Shown: piece after piece, positions 12,701-26,200 of the stretch
How the letters are laid out: every line of letters begins with the position of its first letter
Position numbering within the stretch: position 1 is the first letter of the stretch
NCBI GenBank assembly: GCA_040954595.2
Contig: CM082576.2
Span: forward strand, 14,015,129-14,079,128
Direction: 5' to 3'
Source: Balanoglossus misakiensis
Taxonomy: Eukaryota; Animalia; Hemichordata
DNA length: 64,000 bases
Notes under the pieces: generated by a model
The model's database searches: none
What the model saw: the letters and a program-made list of their open reading frames with translations, nothing else
What the model was told of the DNA's origin: nothing
Position numbers and translations under genes: made by a program

Positions 12701-12845
12701 ACAAACCAACTCCGACCAAGGCAAAACTTCGAGCTACATGTACTACTACACCGAACTGCAGGCTGTATGAGTGCAGTATCAGTTTCCCCTTCTAACTCCA
12801 CGGTGTCGCGTATCAAACTCAAAGCCATACCTCGTATCCCGCCAT
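3743..12845 (-). CDS. TAF1A: TATA box-binding protein-associated factor RNA polymerase I subunit A (SL1 complex); exons 12831-12845, 12085-12241, ~11297-11490, 11111-11175, 10492-10757, 5433-5563, 5067-5219, 4781-4847, 4484-4601, 4213-4376, 3743-3876
   Basis: Phase-consistent exon chain. Motifs match recalled TAF1A segments: CLVNHRWKEA..IIWR, HPKSS, EHSMYLL, GLMEYVMW, PGTWDIFITKHVELLEHYG..NPENLNAHKYLYYFLKK..ELIPVLK, LVPSD, LFNLLDYG, WTGRLDWWPSYHF, KAIVASFLL. The first exon (MAGYE) and the exon-3 acceptor are less certain. Confidence 0.85.
5711..10466 (+). mobile_element. Composite/nested non-autonomous Helentron-associated (HINE/DINE-1-like) rolling-circle element in a TAF1A intron: two 5' ends and three bodies, each with a 3' end
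   Basis: The 5' end TACGGGCCCAAGCC-aagcca-GGCTTGGGCCCGTA (14-bp hairpin) occurs twice (5712, 5769), followed by (TCTT)n. Near-identical bodies start at ~5830, ~6943 and ~9069. The 3' end GATCAGATAATAGAGCTTGGGCCCGGACAATGCTGCTTGCAGCTTTAAT (subterminal inverted repeat GCTTGGGCCCG plus GCTGC-TT-GCAGC stem-loop) ends at 6923, 9068 and 10466. T-rich flanks, no clear TSD, no coding capacity. Family assignment is by architecture. Confidence 0.75.
7961..8911. repeat. Internal ~238-bp tandem satellite (4 units) in the middle copy of the element
   Basis: The unit start CTACTTTTGCATATCTCG recurs at 7961, 8199, 8437 and 8675, with the exit at 8912. The third copy has one unit (10086-10322) and the first copy has none. 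Confidence 0.9.
11825..11927. repeat. Near-perfect inverted repeat (37-bp arms, 29-nt loop) in TAF1A intron 2; tiny MITE or hairpin
   Basis: TAGCTGCTATGATTGTAGCGGGTGCTGCTAGGTTGAT (11825-11861) versus ATCAACCTAGCAGCACCCGCTACAATCATTGCAGCTA (11891-11927), one mismatch. Confidence 0.85.
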
Positions 12846-13300
12846 CCCTCCTTTGCAGTGATACAATGTTTTGTATAAAAAGTAACTTTCATCGAAATGG
12901 AATTCGTGTTTTCAGTAGAGAGTAAATCGTGGGCGTCCACAACTGAAGTACTCCTGCAGCAAGGCCACATGGCACTCAACAACATAACCTTTCACCTTAG
13001 TTCGCTTGTTTGGGATATACATTACTCTTTGACCCTCTAGATTATTCAAAAATGGTGCACTTTCAGATACATTATATCCGTAAACCATAACTCATAAAGC
13101 AATATGTATCATACAGAAGGGTTTTAGAACTGTACACATCTTCTAGGAAAACCCAGAAATTGAAGTGTGCCATAATATCTGTGTAGTACGAAGAGAAAAA
13201 CTGATACAGCGTTTAGCACCACATTTAACCACTTAGTTAAGGAGACTTGATTGTGTTGTGCCAGCTCATCCTTACGTTCAGCGGCTTACAGGTGGTAAGT
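12846..13300. promoter_or_regulatory. Probable bidirectional promoter region between TAF1A (-) and MCFD2 (+)
   Basis: Divergent genes. The TAF1A ATG is at 12845. A strong + strand donor (GGTG|GTAAGT, ~13295) suggests a non-coding first MCFD2 exon spliced to the acceptor at ~13864 or 13873. Confidence 0.5.
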
Positions 13301-13874
13301 ACGAAAATAGACTAGTATCATTCGGAAATTGGAAAAACTAAGCATCTTACGGTAAATAGATGGTTAGGCAGGTTGGATGAAGATGTTGAAATATCTGTGC
13401 AGGGAAGAGAACAATTTGATTTGATAACAAATCGCTTACTCAATGTTGTGGAGTCCGAATGACCGTGGTGTGTGAGCATATGGATTGCGGAAGTCTCTGC
13501 TCAAGGTTTTCCTTTTGAATTACTGACACTAAATCACCAGAAAGTTAAAACACGCATACGTGAAAAAAGAAATGGAAAGGGAAGAGTAAAAGAAACGAGA
13601 AAGAACTGGAAAATTTGGCCTGTTTTATTTGTGATGTTGGATGAGATGCCATTATAGAGAATTTGTAGTATTTGCTCATTTTAACATCTGGGTGTTTTGA
13701 TTTTCTTTTGGATGCTTTTCCCCATTGTAGATTTTCACTGTATGTCAACTTTGTCATCATTGATCATGCCCAACAGCGGGGGCAACTTGTTCATGACTGT
13801 TGTTTACAGGGCAGCCACTGACAATTTTTTTTCTAAAATGTTTTTTTTTTATATATTTGTACAGAAACTTCAGC

Positions 13875-14451
13875 ATGGAGATACTTAAAATGTACCAGGC
13901 TTTCTTTGTGCTTCTGTGCTGTTTTACTCTGTGCCTCTCACAAGTTGCGCATATGAATGAAGGAACGCCGCATAAAGATCCTAGAATGAAGACACTGAAA
14001 GACAAGGGCAAGATAACAGACCAACAGTAAGTACAATGTACCATCTTGTAAGCCTCTTGCTACAAGATTCAATGTCAGTGTTAGCAGATCAAAAATACTG
14101 AATTTACACTTCAGTCACATGATATCCATTGCCATCTTCTTCTTTTGCATTTCCAGGCACATTTTAGAACATCTCGAGGGCCAGATCGACAAACCCGAGA
14201 GCGAGATGACAGAGCAGGAACTCCAATTCCATTATTTCAAACTTCACGATTACGACAACAACAACAGGTTAGATGGCATTGAATTGGTGGCCGCCATGAC
14301 GCACTACCACGAAGAAGATGAGGGCGACCAAGGAGAGCAGATGTCAGAGGAGGACATCGGCGAAATGATCGACACAATTTTAAATGAAGATGATAGCAAT
14401 AAAGACGGGTACATTGACTTTCCAGAGTTCGTACTCTCCACAACAGGCTAA
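13875..14451 (+). CDS. MCFD2: Multiple coagulation factor deficiency protein 2 homolog (EF-hand ER-Golgi cargo receptor, LMAN1 partner); exons 13875-14026, 14157-14451
   Basis: Signal peptide (MYQAFFVLLCCFTLCLS), then HILEHLEGQIDKPESEMTEQELQFHYFKLHDYDNNNRLDGIEL and a second EF hand DDSNKDGYIDFPEF, the hallmark MCFD2 sequence. GT-AG phase-2 intron. Confidence 0.93.
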
Positions 14452-15725
14452 TAATATCAGTTTCTCAATTCTAGTTTATACCTCATTGTTACAGTGTGCC
14501 CTCTAAGAGCCATAATTTTTAAAAGCTTCGAGTCAATTTGGGGATTTCTAAAAATTTCTCCGAGTCAGCCCTATACCTTTGTGCATAGTGTAGAAAACTT
14601 TCTTGACCCACCAGTGAGTTTATTGAGTCAAAGACGTGTCATATAGGCTTAGAGGGCACACTGTACCTCAAATACTAAAAATTTCTCTTTCTACTTTTGA
14701 ACTTAATCCCTTCATTTCTGTCCTCTCTGAGTCAGGCCAACACAAGTTACACCTCAGTTTTTCATATCAAATATCGATAAACTGTTGTGGGAGATTTGAA
14801 CTCATTCCCGAGTCCCTCAGTATTTTTCTTTGAAGTGCCTTCACTCTCGGCAAATTTATTTCCTTGTTGTAGCAATTATATTTTGGGGGGAATAGAATTT
14901 GAACAGGGAATAAGTGCAAAACGTTTGTTACAAAGACGAATTTATTAACAAAGATGAATTTATATCCATAGAACTTTTTATAATGAATATGTTCTCTGGT
15001 GTGGAAATTGGATTGACATCAGTACTCAATGTGCATTCACAAAGGCAGTTTGAAACATGTAGTTGATTGTGTGGATGATCATTGGTGTGATATTTTACAA
15101 TCAGGTTCATTGCAGAACTGGATGAATTTGATTATTCTGTTGTCTGTATTTGTATGGGGGTAGGATACCATGATGTTTACGTTTGATCATTATTACTCTG
15201 AAGAAACAAACATGTCTTTCAAAAAATATGTACTATGACATTTGTTTAAGGATCATACCATGTATTGTTTTGTGTGGGTGCTATGATACCAGAAATAACA
15301 CGTTGGCATTACCTAGCTTTTTAAAACTTACCAAAGTTCTTATCTAGATATATATATATCATTCTCATTACCACAATAATGCAATATTGTAAGACTAATA
15401 TACGTACATTTCGTCAAAACAATCTGACTTTAAAAATTTGTAAACTTAGAGAGAGTGATAGAGTATTATGTATTAGCCTTTGCAAAGGTGATCAGCATTA
15501 CATATCTGAAAGATTCATTGTTCCCCAACTATCAAAATAAGTTTGATTGACTTTATTCAGTATTGAATGATGCAGTTACTGATGATGTATATTTTGAAAG
15601 AAACCAACAAGTAATAAAAGTTACAAGATGAATGGAAATAACATTGCTGTGGTCTGGATGATCTTTTTCAGAATTTCACATTTCATTTTCTTGGTTTGGC
15701 ATTTGGATACATTTTCTTTGTCTTA

Positions 15726-15823
15726 TAACCCTTTCACCACCATGGTTCATTCCAAACCCATTGTTTTATGATAAGGATGGACCTCTAAAGAGGGGACGGG
15801 GGGGGGGGGGGTGTGAAAGGGCT
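15726..15823. mobile_element. Short (~80-95 bp) palindromic MITE family copy (AACCCTTTCACC...GTGAAAGGG)
   Basis: Shares the internal CCATGGTT..CCAAACCCATTGTTTT..GGACCTCT sequence with the copies at 35927-36017 and 52561-52639. Confidence 0.6.
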
Positions 15824-17624
15824 AAAGTGTAACAGAAAAGTGGATGATCGGAAAGACACCAAAGTTTCACACAATTATCCTGAACACGTTTTCAATTTCT
15901 CTAACACATTCTGAGAATTATAATTATCACAATTGAAATAAAATACAGAAGTTTAAAGTTTCGATTGACGATTATAGAAAAATATACCAAAACATATAAA
16001 TACAACTGGTGGTTCACGAAATACATATCCAATGTTCAAATAATCCGGGACATTGCCCAAATGAACAAATAACAAAATCACATCCTGACAGCTACTGCAT
16101 CATGTGATACTGAAATTGGATTTTAAATAATTCATAGGTAAAAAAAAACACACCCAATATTAACAGAAACGCAAAAACAAATCACCTTTTCATATACATG
16201 TTGTCCTGTTATAATAAATGTGAAACCTGCAAACATGATTTGCTTTCTTTCTGTAAAATGTGTGTTTGTTTCTCTATCCCGATTCAATCACAATAGCAGA
16301 CTCTGCTTTTACCTTTGATTTATTCAATCAGACGGACACCACCACACCTCGTGATCGCGCTTATTTGTAAACTATCATATAAAAGGATAATCAGTGATTC
16401 GGTTGGCTTTTTCAAGGTGTTTTTTCTAATTTCCTGATTTGGTTAATAATGTAGGACAGCTTCTAAAAGATGCAGAGATAGCTGTAGCTTGCACGGAGAT
16501 TCAAACTTCGTGGCTATTGGTTATGCCTGAAAATGAGTACATTTATCGATTTGGAATAACTGTGCAGATGTCGCATAACGTGAATCTTGTGTTTTCCATG
16601 AGTTGTATGTCAAAACCTTTCCCAAAATTTTACCATAGAATTCCCGGGGACGGTGTTTTACGTTTTACCCTAGCAAAATAGTTGAGGATTACCTTTTTCA
16701 TTATATCCCAGTCCCCGTTTAGATCGGCCCACCCCTACTACATAAATATTTTTTAAGTTTCGACTGGTAACTGAAATTCACTGGCAAGTGCATCTTTTGA
16801 TATTTCCTCCGTACAGAGAAGACCAAGTTTTTCATTGTCATTCATGTACACAAAATGTACATTTGTGCAACTCGTTCCAAATATCATCGAGCGAACCGCA
16901 TCGAAAAATTCTCGTTACCAACACACATTAATATAAACATTACATTTGATATTGAAGTAGCATCTTTTGAATGTACCAAATATAAAAATCTCCAATATTT
17001 GATGATGAGGCATTATTTCTTTTGTAAATGACTGACGCGGTCTATACACCACAGTTTGCGAAAACTCAATTGCTAAAACCTGACTGCGTTAATTTTGCTT
17101 ATTTTCCTCCAATTTGCTCGACCACACACCATCAAAGGCAAATACAGTATTTGACGTTGAACGGAGAATAATGATACAAAATTATGAAATAATGTTATTT
17201 CTTTTCCGCTATGCCATGGAAACACTGATTCCCTGTGGCCGGTTGCACAAAGAATAAAGTGATCGCAACGCACCGTTTCTTGATCATGTTTGATGGCAAA
17301 ATCACAGTCTATAATTACCTGAACAGCTAAGCTTATTGACGACATGAGATGCGCACCCCCGTGTCGAAGATCTGTCTATATGCTGCAGCCGCAAGCTGGG
17401 AAACTTTGTTACATGCATTTCAGCTCTTGTGTGGAATTATTGATGTTCCATACTATTGGTCTGTACCTACAGCTGTAAGGTAAGTACTCGTACACGAAAT
17501 GTTGTCTCTCTTGATACTGAACCTTCGATCCAGACAATTCTCAGACATTTTCACCAGTAGGCAATTAAATCTTCAGTGTCTGCTGGGAATATCGTTGCAT
17601 GACATTATCGTCATCCTCGTCGAC

Positions 17625-17626
17625 GA

Positions 17627-17657
<31 letters not shown>

Positions 17658-17695
17658 TGTGGTGATGGTGGTGGTGGTTGTGGTGATGGTGATGG

Positions 17696-17726
<31 letters not shown>

Positions 17727-17753
17727 AGTTGTTGCTGTTGTTGTTGTTGTTGC
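17625..17753. repeat. Compound trinucleotide microsatellite (GAT)n/(GGT)n/(GTT)n
   Basis: Directly visible. It generates the poly-D/G/C, poly-H and poly-I/T spurious ORFs. Confidence 0.95.
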
Positions 17754-20700
17754 TTTTGATTGACTGATCAATATATTGATCATGACGGTTAGAGTTCTTC
17801 AAAACCGGCGGATTTTTGTCTATACCTGACCACACGCATGTCCTGACAAAAATCAAGAAACGAAATTCAAACGAGGAGAAATATCTCCACAAGTACAAAT
17901 GCCCGCAGTGTGGTACAGATTATGTAGTTGTGATGTGTAACTGACAGCAAAATTTACTCCATGAATTTCTCGTTTCTCAGAATCTTCCAATCATTTATTA
18001 GCGGTCTGAATGAAATTTCACTTAAACCACATGTTATTAACGACGTTGTGATGAAAGGCCTGTCAATTTGTGATCGCGGTTGTAAGGAGTTGGCATTTAT
18101 TACATGTAACCATATTGTGCTTTAGGCATTTAATCGGTTGTATGGAGTGCGTGCTAATAGGCTAATTAACCCCGTCGTATTATAGCAGTGCTTTTTACCA
18201 ATATCGAATAAAAGTGACTTACGACTGTTGATTCTAATAGGGAAATATTGTGAACCTATACTTTGTGATATATACGTCAGCACATTTCAATTTCGTCGGT
18301 GTGAGGGGGAGGGGGAAATCAATGTTTGGGGTTATGTATACAGACAGATTTGCCCGGGGCATTAGTCCGTATTCAGCCAACATTTTTTCTCGCCTTGGTA
18401 TCAAAGAATGGCTGTTGAAATGTAGGCAAATGTTACTATTCAATCATGTTGGCCGAATAATGTCGCTGGGCTGCATTGCTGTCTTGATTATTCACAGCGC
18501 TGAAAAGTCGTTATTCAGCTGAATGGAATGACTCCTGGTTTATCAAATGCTATTTCTTCAGACTTCGACGCATCAATTGAATCGCGAGACCGACGCATCC
18601 CGAGTCGAGAGCCACAAGTCACAGTTAACAAGACATTGTCCAATTATAAAGCGCGGTCGTCATATTGAACACAACTTCAGTCGAACTGCGCCTATGATAC
18701 AGAGAGGCCGAGTCGCCATACAGGGGCTCTCTGTCGCGTGATCGCGAACGACTGCTATTTGACAGCAAAATAGTTTGACCATGTCCTGTGTCTGTGTACC
18801 GCTTCCTCATCTATCCTGTTTATCATTTCTCTTTCCTCTTCTGCTGTTCGCTTCATCATAATAAGTTTTCACTTCCTTTCATACATTAATATGTACGTAA
18901 AACTTCTCATCTATAAGTCAAAATCGTTCGTAAGTATAAATGTGTGTTTCTGGTAACTCGACATACCCTAGTTCACCCCGAACATAAACTTTTTTCCTCG
19001 AAAAAAAAACCCGCACGAGATTAGGCAAATGTTGAAATTCTAGCGTGATTTCAATTACATCTGTTTCACGCATTCCAACAAGATAAAACGGGGTGAAAAA
19101 AATAACAATACATTTTTCCCTACCAACCTACCCTATCCGAACCGTACATATTTTATTTAGTTTTCAATCTAATGATAAGTGAAAAACAACAAAATTCAAG
19201 TTGACTACAAACTGTGATACAGCAGTGACGTCACTGCTCACAGTCGGATTCTACACTTTGGGGGTCACTATATGTGAGAGCATGCTAGCAGGGTGTGCTT
19301 ACCCATTCTTTATGCCATTTACAAATATTAGCTGTGTTTTTAAGGAAAGAAGTTTGAAATAATGATGCGATTGCCAGCCACTGACATCGTGAATATAGAG
19401 CCTTTAGAAAATCCAACAGCCACACGTGAAACCCGGAGCGTTGCAGGGTCGTTGGAGAAATAACTGTTCATTCCGAGTCGTTATCATCATCGACACGCGT
19501 ACAAAACTACAGGGAGCTATTAGTGAATAGGACATTTTTAAATCAATAATTATGACAAATTTTATTCGTGACACAAACAGTTAAAGCTTCCTTTTGCATA
19601 TCCGTGCCCAAATGTTTTGGAGTTATTGACGTTAAAGTGATTGTGAAGGGGTTCAGAAAAAAGTTGCTCCTTCTCTTTAAACATCTATGGCTGGTTGTTC
19701 TTGTATTCACATTAATCTTTACGTTAAACGTCCCTTATGACAGAGGAAAACTATACAGACGTCCATTCTACCAACAGCTCTCGGGAAAAGAAGTCTCCCG
19801 AAACCTGAAATCTAGGAATCGTCAGCGCTAATTTGTTTTAATGTTTTTCCGTCTCCGATGGCTTTTACAAATAACCGGGGGTGAATTGAATTCTGCACAC
19901 TTGTTCCCATGGCAATCTGACATGTTTGAGCTATGTGACGCATATATGTCGTCAAAGAATACACTTGACTTCTACCTTTTGTGAACCCATAACAAAAATC
20001 TCGGCAATTAAATTTAAGAAACGAGTGACATTAATTTTTACGGGAAAATGACAATAATCAAGCAGATTGATGGATGGTACGTGTCCTTAATGAATACTTT
20101 TCTATTGGACTATCCGACGACCATTGTTCACTGAATCTAATTGAATGATTCTAAAAAAATATGTTTCTCGCAAACCGGCCGTTTTTTGAACACGCTTATC
20201 ATCATCATCCCGACAGAGCGTGAACACTGTGCTGATCATTCTTGCCTGTGTCTTGGCCATTTATCAAAAAGCGCCTAAACCCGAGAACTGATATTAGTTT
20301 CTTTTCAATGATATTAGCAAAAGTCTTGCTATTAATGGGGAATCAAAATGAGCCTGCTTTGTTTAGTACATCTCCCAGGCAAAGAAATCATGGTCATAGG
20401 TCATAAAGAAATGACAATTACCAGTAATTAAAGAGTCAATTAAAAGGAACATAAATCATAAAACTTACAATAAGTCTAAAATAAATTATAGCAAAAGATA
20501 TTTCTAAAATTTAAATTCGGTTGCCAGTGCAAAAGTAAGGAGGAGAGATCAGGGACAGAAATAAAACAAATCATCTATTTTTTTTTTTGGGGGGGGGGGG
20601 TCGATCTTAAATGACTTTCCCAGAAAATATAGTTAACCGCATGAACCAAAAGCATGCAATGAAATCTACGAAAAACCCCGCGGCTTCTAAAACGAGTAAA

Positions 20701-22230
20701 CATGATCTAGTTTGCCATATTTATAAATTGTGCCACGGGGTTTCCACGCAATGGTTCACATTCGTTTCCGAATGTTATTGTGAAGAATAGTTTATTAGTA
20801 CAAGAAACATTAACTCATTTGCACTACGTGTAAAATTGAACGCATCTACTAAATCCTTAAAATGAATGAAATTGGATGAATCGATAATCAATATTTAAGA
20901 ACTTAAATAAATATAAACCATGCAAGATAAAATATGAAGACAATACCCAAAATATTGATCCGGATTCCAATGTTATTTGCTCGCAATTCGCAATTCGCCA
21001 ATTCGGACGAGAAAAAAAACCCGCCTCATTTTCTTTAATGCGTAAATGGTCACTTACACCTACAAGCACATTAAAGTCTGTCACGTAATAGCTTTTGTAT
21101 ATTCGTCAATTACGAAAACAATTTGGTTCCCATTTCGTCCCCAATATCGTCGACAGCTGGCATTAATAACAGGAAAATCGCGTCGACTTACCTTCAAAGC
21201 ATTCGCAACCGCCGTGTCACTGAAAACGAGAAACAAAACCGGCACAGACTGTGAATTCCACTTTCATATCCGGTCAACTTCAGGTCGATATTGGAAGTGA
21301 CAAACACAAGGTGACGTTTTGACTGCTCTGGGAAGGCTGTGAAAATATTTAATGCAGACTACAAACCTAACCTTTGAAGCGAAAGACATTAATTCCAGGT
21401 ATTTAGTTCCGAACGTTTGATTTGCCACTTCTCATGGCAGAGTAAATGAAAACAGAATTCTAAAAAAAAATGTATATGATTACCGAATTATTGGCTGTAT
21501 GTAATACTACGAAAACTACCGTACCTGTCCCAAAATTATATAAAAACCGCAAAGGTAAAAAGGTGTATCTTGTATCCAAAACGTCAATCCAGTTTTCCCC
21601 CAATCCCAGACCCCCCCCCCCCTTTTTTTACCGGGTGTCACGTTGTACAGTTTAACTCAAATATTGCGATCTAGCTGCCAATTATTGTACAACGGACCGA
21701 GATTCTGATAAGCCCTTTGACAAAACAGTCAATACCATCGCCATCACCAAGATAGCATTGTGAATATTTCAATATTGCCATAAGGATGGCATATTCCATT
21801 GAATGTGTTCCTACTCTATTCACATGGATGCATGCTTAGATTGTGTAGAGAAATTGGAGGGGGGGGGGGTCAAAATTGAATGTCAACAATATCATATCGG
21901 GGAAAGTGTGATGGTGCCAGATTCAGGAATACTCAAACGTTGATTTGCTGTGCTTTGTTTCATCCAGTTAGTTTTAACAGTCAATAATTTGTAACCAAAG
22001 TTCATTTTCGTTTCACACGTATGCTTACCCCCACATATACTATCATATAGATGTTTCCTTAACCTGTATTTCAACTGTTGTTTAATAGTCCATTCGGACA
22101 GATACCTCATAATGATAAACTCACACGCCACGTTCAAACTGTACGCATGCGATGATATCGGCTTTTAAGAGTTTCATTTTGCTTTCTAGGTCTGCTCGGT
22201 GTAACAGGACATCGCTTCGTCTCTCTCACA

Positions 22231-23274
22231 ATGACGACGACCAACATCACGACATCGGAGAGCGTCATCCTCATGCCGGCCTACATCTACCTCACCGAGC
22301 TGGTCTTCGGTATCGTCGGCACCCTGGGGAATTTGTCGGTGATCGTGGTCGTCTTGAACACGGCGCAAATGCGGACCCTGACCAACTATCTGATTCTCAA
22401 CTTGGCCGTCGCCGATTTCTTCGTGGCTTTCCTGCTCATCGTCAACAAGTACGTCACCCAGGCGTTCTTCATCCCAGTGCCGTCCGGCGGCGTCGGTGAC
22501 ATCTACTGCAGGCTGTACTACAGCGCCGTGTTTTTCTGGGTCTGCATAAAGGCGTCCACCTTCAACCTGTTGCTGATGACGTACGAGACATACGTCGCAG
22601 TCGTCCATCCGCTGATGTACCCGGCGTATCGCAGCAAACTGAACATCATCATCATGGTGGCGATTTCTTGGATAGTTTCGCTGGTCATCGAGATGGTGTT
22701 CGTGAAATTCCACGGGAAGTCGGACGACGACGGCTGCTACCTGTTCGTGTACAGCGACCAGTCTGTCGGCGTCTTTCTGGGATGTTTTAATTTTGTCGTC
22801 ACTTATCTGCTCCCGATGATGCTCCTCGTCTGGGCGTGCTACAAGATACAGCGGCGACTTGGGGCCACCATCGCCAACAGGGGAGGCGTGCAGCAGTCGA
22901 GGACCACCGACACTGCAAGACGAAGGGTGGTGAAGACTCTATACTTGGTCATCCTTGGCTACGCAATATGCTGGACCCCGGACAGCTTTCTGTTTCTCAG
23001 TGTGAATCTGGGTGTTCCGCTGGTATACACGGCCGACTATTTCAACGCTTTGGTCCTCCTCGCCTTCGCCAATTCGATACTCAATCCCCTCATCTATATC
23101 TTTAAGTACAGGCAGTTCCGGAGAAACTTCCTGCGAACATTCTGCCCGATACTTGCGAAGAATTCGATCGGTCCCAGATCGACCGAGGAGCGTTCGATTT
23201 CCATGTCCAGATCTGCTGCAGCAACAAACGTCTCTCATCCCGTTGCTGCAAACACAGGCACCAGTGGAAACTGA
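22231..23274 (+). CDS. Rhodopsin-like (class A) GPCR, peptide-receptor-like (galanin/allatostatin/somatostatin-type orphan), single coding exon, 347 aa
   Basis: Seven hydrophobic segments. Motifs: GTLGN (TM1), NLAVAD (TM2), Cys at the top of TM3 and in ECL2, ETY at the DRY position, W4.50, YLLP (TM5), CWTP (TM6), NSILNPLIY (TM7), helix 8 FRRNF, N-terminal NIT sequon. GC-rich codon usage. An acceptor at ~22189 indicates a 5'UTR intron. Confidence 0.93.
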   Translation: MTTTNITTSESVILMPAYIYLTELVFGIVGTLGNLSVIVVVLNTAQMRTLTNYLILNLAVADFFVAFLLIVNKYVTQAFFIPVPSGGVGDIYCRLYYSAVFFWVCIKASTFNLLLMTYETYVAVVHPLMYPAYRSKLNIIIMVAISWIVSLVIEMVFVKFHGKSDDDGCYLFVYSDQSVGVFLGCFNFVVTYLLPMMLLVWACYKIQRRLGATIANRGGVQQSRTTDTARRRVVKTLYLVILGYAICWTPDSFLFLSVNLGVPLVYTADYFNALVLLAFANSILNPLIYIFKYRQFRRNFLRTFCPILAKNSIGPRSTEERSISMSRSAAATNVSHPVAANTGTSGN

Positions 23275-26200
23275 TACATGTGTGTGTGAACTGTTTGATA
23301 AAATTGGGGAGGGGTACGGCACTGGAGATATTGGTTGCTGAAGTCAAAATCAAACCTGGGGGGCAATTTTAAGGGCTGTAAATGTTAGAAGAGAGTTTTG
23401 CAGTTACTACTTTAATTAATGAGACGAATACATATATCAGACCCAGTTACTACATAGAGCAATATGAAATTAAAAAGCTTCGCGGAGAACTGACGTTTCG
23501 CTATATCAGTTTTTTTCCTAATCATGTCAACCAGGAAGAACTTACTGTTATATTTATGTAATATGGCTGGATGATATGTATTATCAGCCACAAACTTTGC
23601 AGAATTTCGTGAACTAATTTTAAATGGCACATGTAAAGACGATTAATTTCCAATTTAATTATTACAGGTAACCTTTAGTGTGAACAGTTAGATTATTGCA
23701 AAATTGCAATAATATTCGGAAACTATTCATGTTAACATTCCAAATGAGATCAGAAGGCGATTATAAAATAACCAACGACGGTTTATTGTAAAAACACAAA
23801 ATTGTGGATATACGTGATTTTCATTCACTTTACCGTTAGAATTCCTGACACGAAGGTACCTATGGGCGAGTCTCTTACCATAGGTAATAAAACAGGGACC
23901 AGCAATGTCGACCGTCTAGTAATTAAAACAACCTACAGTGTAACATTTTTAGTAAGACCATGAAAGGTTTTCAATGTTTTCAAGTTGTAATCTTTATATG
24001 GCTATTTGACGTCATATACAGGCGTGAGAGGTTCATGACAACGTGTATTTAAATCGCCAAAATCATGGTCAAATAATTTTGACAGCAAAATCCTGTATAT
24101 CAATGGCAAACTTCTTTTGTGATTTTTTTTACTGCGTCATCAAATTTGTAGAGCCGGAAGACTTTGTTTGTTTTGATATTAAAATGACGAGTTCAGGAAA
24201 ATTCACTTTAAAGTGTAAATGCCACCTTCCTTGTCGTTTGAATGAACAAAACAACCTGAAAATGGGGCCTACAGATTACTTTTTCACAATTGCCGATGAA
24301 ACCATTACGAAAGATCGTTTTTTCCATTTGATAATTTGCCTTTTGAAACAGTAGAGCAACATGTAATTTGTATTTCATCACCAAATAGAAGTGCAAACAA
24401 CCATGAATAAATTGAATAAAATACCAGCTGAATGGCTCTGCGAAATTTGTACATGTATAACTTGTTATGCCAGGAATATTCTTTGTAAATGTAAGCTAAT
24501 ATTTGATCAGTCTATAGCAATACATTCTGAGCTAGGTTACTATGAATAAACTAGAAACTTGAACGTCATAAACTGTCATTAATAACACAGCAAATCATTG
24601 TCCCCGTGCTAATGATAATACGTTTGTTTCCTTTCCCCGTTTCCATGTTATGTGGACCTGCTACTGGTTCTAAATCCAGCAACAACATTTACGGCAAATA
24701 TATTTATGGTAGCAAAAATCAGGTCTTTACATGCTCGTTTTTTTCCATCTCCTCATTATTGTCATTGTGAGTCGTTATGGACAACTGCATGCACTTGTTA
24801 GAAATCATGGAAATGTACGTTCGTCAAAATTGAAATTACATGTGTATTGTCATTTCTTTTAATTGTTGATTTTAGGATTAACCTGTGTATGTACACAATG
24901 AAAATCCGTAATAAAATATAGGGGTCACCGCGCTTGTTTTTTTAAATACAGAGACATGAATTTAGTCGATAATAGAAGAAAACTGCTGACTCAGCATTTT
25001 ACACCAATGGTTTGCCTATGGGCAAATTTTTTAACGCAATTTATCTCAAAATAGACCACGGTGACCACACGATTTTATTTGACCAATTAATTTATATTTA
25101 CTGGACTGAGCTATGTGTAAAGTTTCGTGAAAATGACAATAGTACAACTTTGTTTTCTAGCAAGTATCAAAATTGAATGTAGTCCTATGGGAAAAAGACA
25201 AGTGCGCGCAGTTTTCCGGTTCACATGAACACCTTATCGATGTCTGATTGTGGCTGTAAGTAGCAATTTGAAAACACCACTTATTAAATCGATGCCACAC
25301 CGATTTAATCAGCCTCCATACAAACAGTACGCAATCGTGGTATGCGTCGCCAAGAGATGACAAACTGATGCAAATGCAAGTAATATGGCTTAATGGTGGG
25401 GATTTTAGAGGATAGGGAATAGATTTTAAGTGTTTCACTGTGGAAAAAAATACGTGAAATTTTGCAGGTATTGGGGCTTTAATGTACCTGTACCAGTCGT
25501 GGGTGCAGTTGAACTTTGAACCTCTGATGTTTCCGACATATATATTCCCTGGAATGTAATGCAGTGTAGAGTGACGTGTTTAAATAAAACTCACAAATCG
25601 GAAAATGTCATAGCAAAAATGTGATGACGTTTTATTGCTAGCATAAACAAAAAAAAAGAACATTTGGAGCGCTTCATTTAGAAAGTATCACTACGACAGA
25701 AATTAAGGCAGCCGCTGCTTGAACCCTGTCAACTCCACACTTTTGGTTCGTCCAAATGTGTAGTTGGAACCATGGACTAGGGATATGGGGGTGGCAGGGT
25801 TCAAACAGAAAAATCGAGGACCACAGGAAGCAATCTTCATGTACAGGCAAAATTTGCAGATCCGGAGAAGTACAGGTTTTACAAGACAGGTTAAAAACAG
25901 GCAAACACAAATTATAGGCACTGAACGGGAATATACGTGGAATTTTTCGATAAATACTAGTAGCACCGTTACTGCTTCCCGCGATCCCCCTCGGGACTTT
26001 GAAATGAGTACAAACGCCGTTCATTTCAAACGAACAACAATGTACTATATACGCGCGCCTTAAAAGGAGTTAGCTGACTCACTACGACGACACAGTGTGT
26101 TACCGGGCAAACATGATGGAAGCCAAAAGTGGGTATAGTCACTCGTTTTTTCACTCATGGAAGGGGCGTTCGGTTCGCATTATAAGCTACACGCTACGAG

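Noticed and set aside
17499-17898. ORFs with poly-Asp/Gly/Cys, poly-His and poly-Ile/Thr
   Set aside because: Translations of a compound trinucleotide microsatellite; no splice or codon evidence.
24960-25482. Possible TTAA-ended (Kolobok-like) transposon remnant
   Set aside because: Only one plausible terminus was seen; no matching TIR could be verified.
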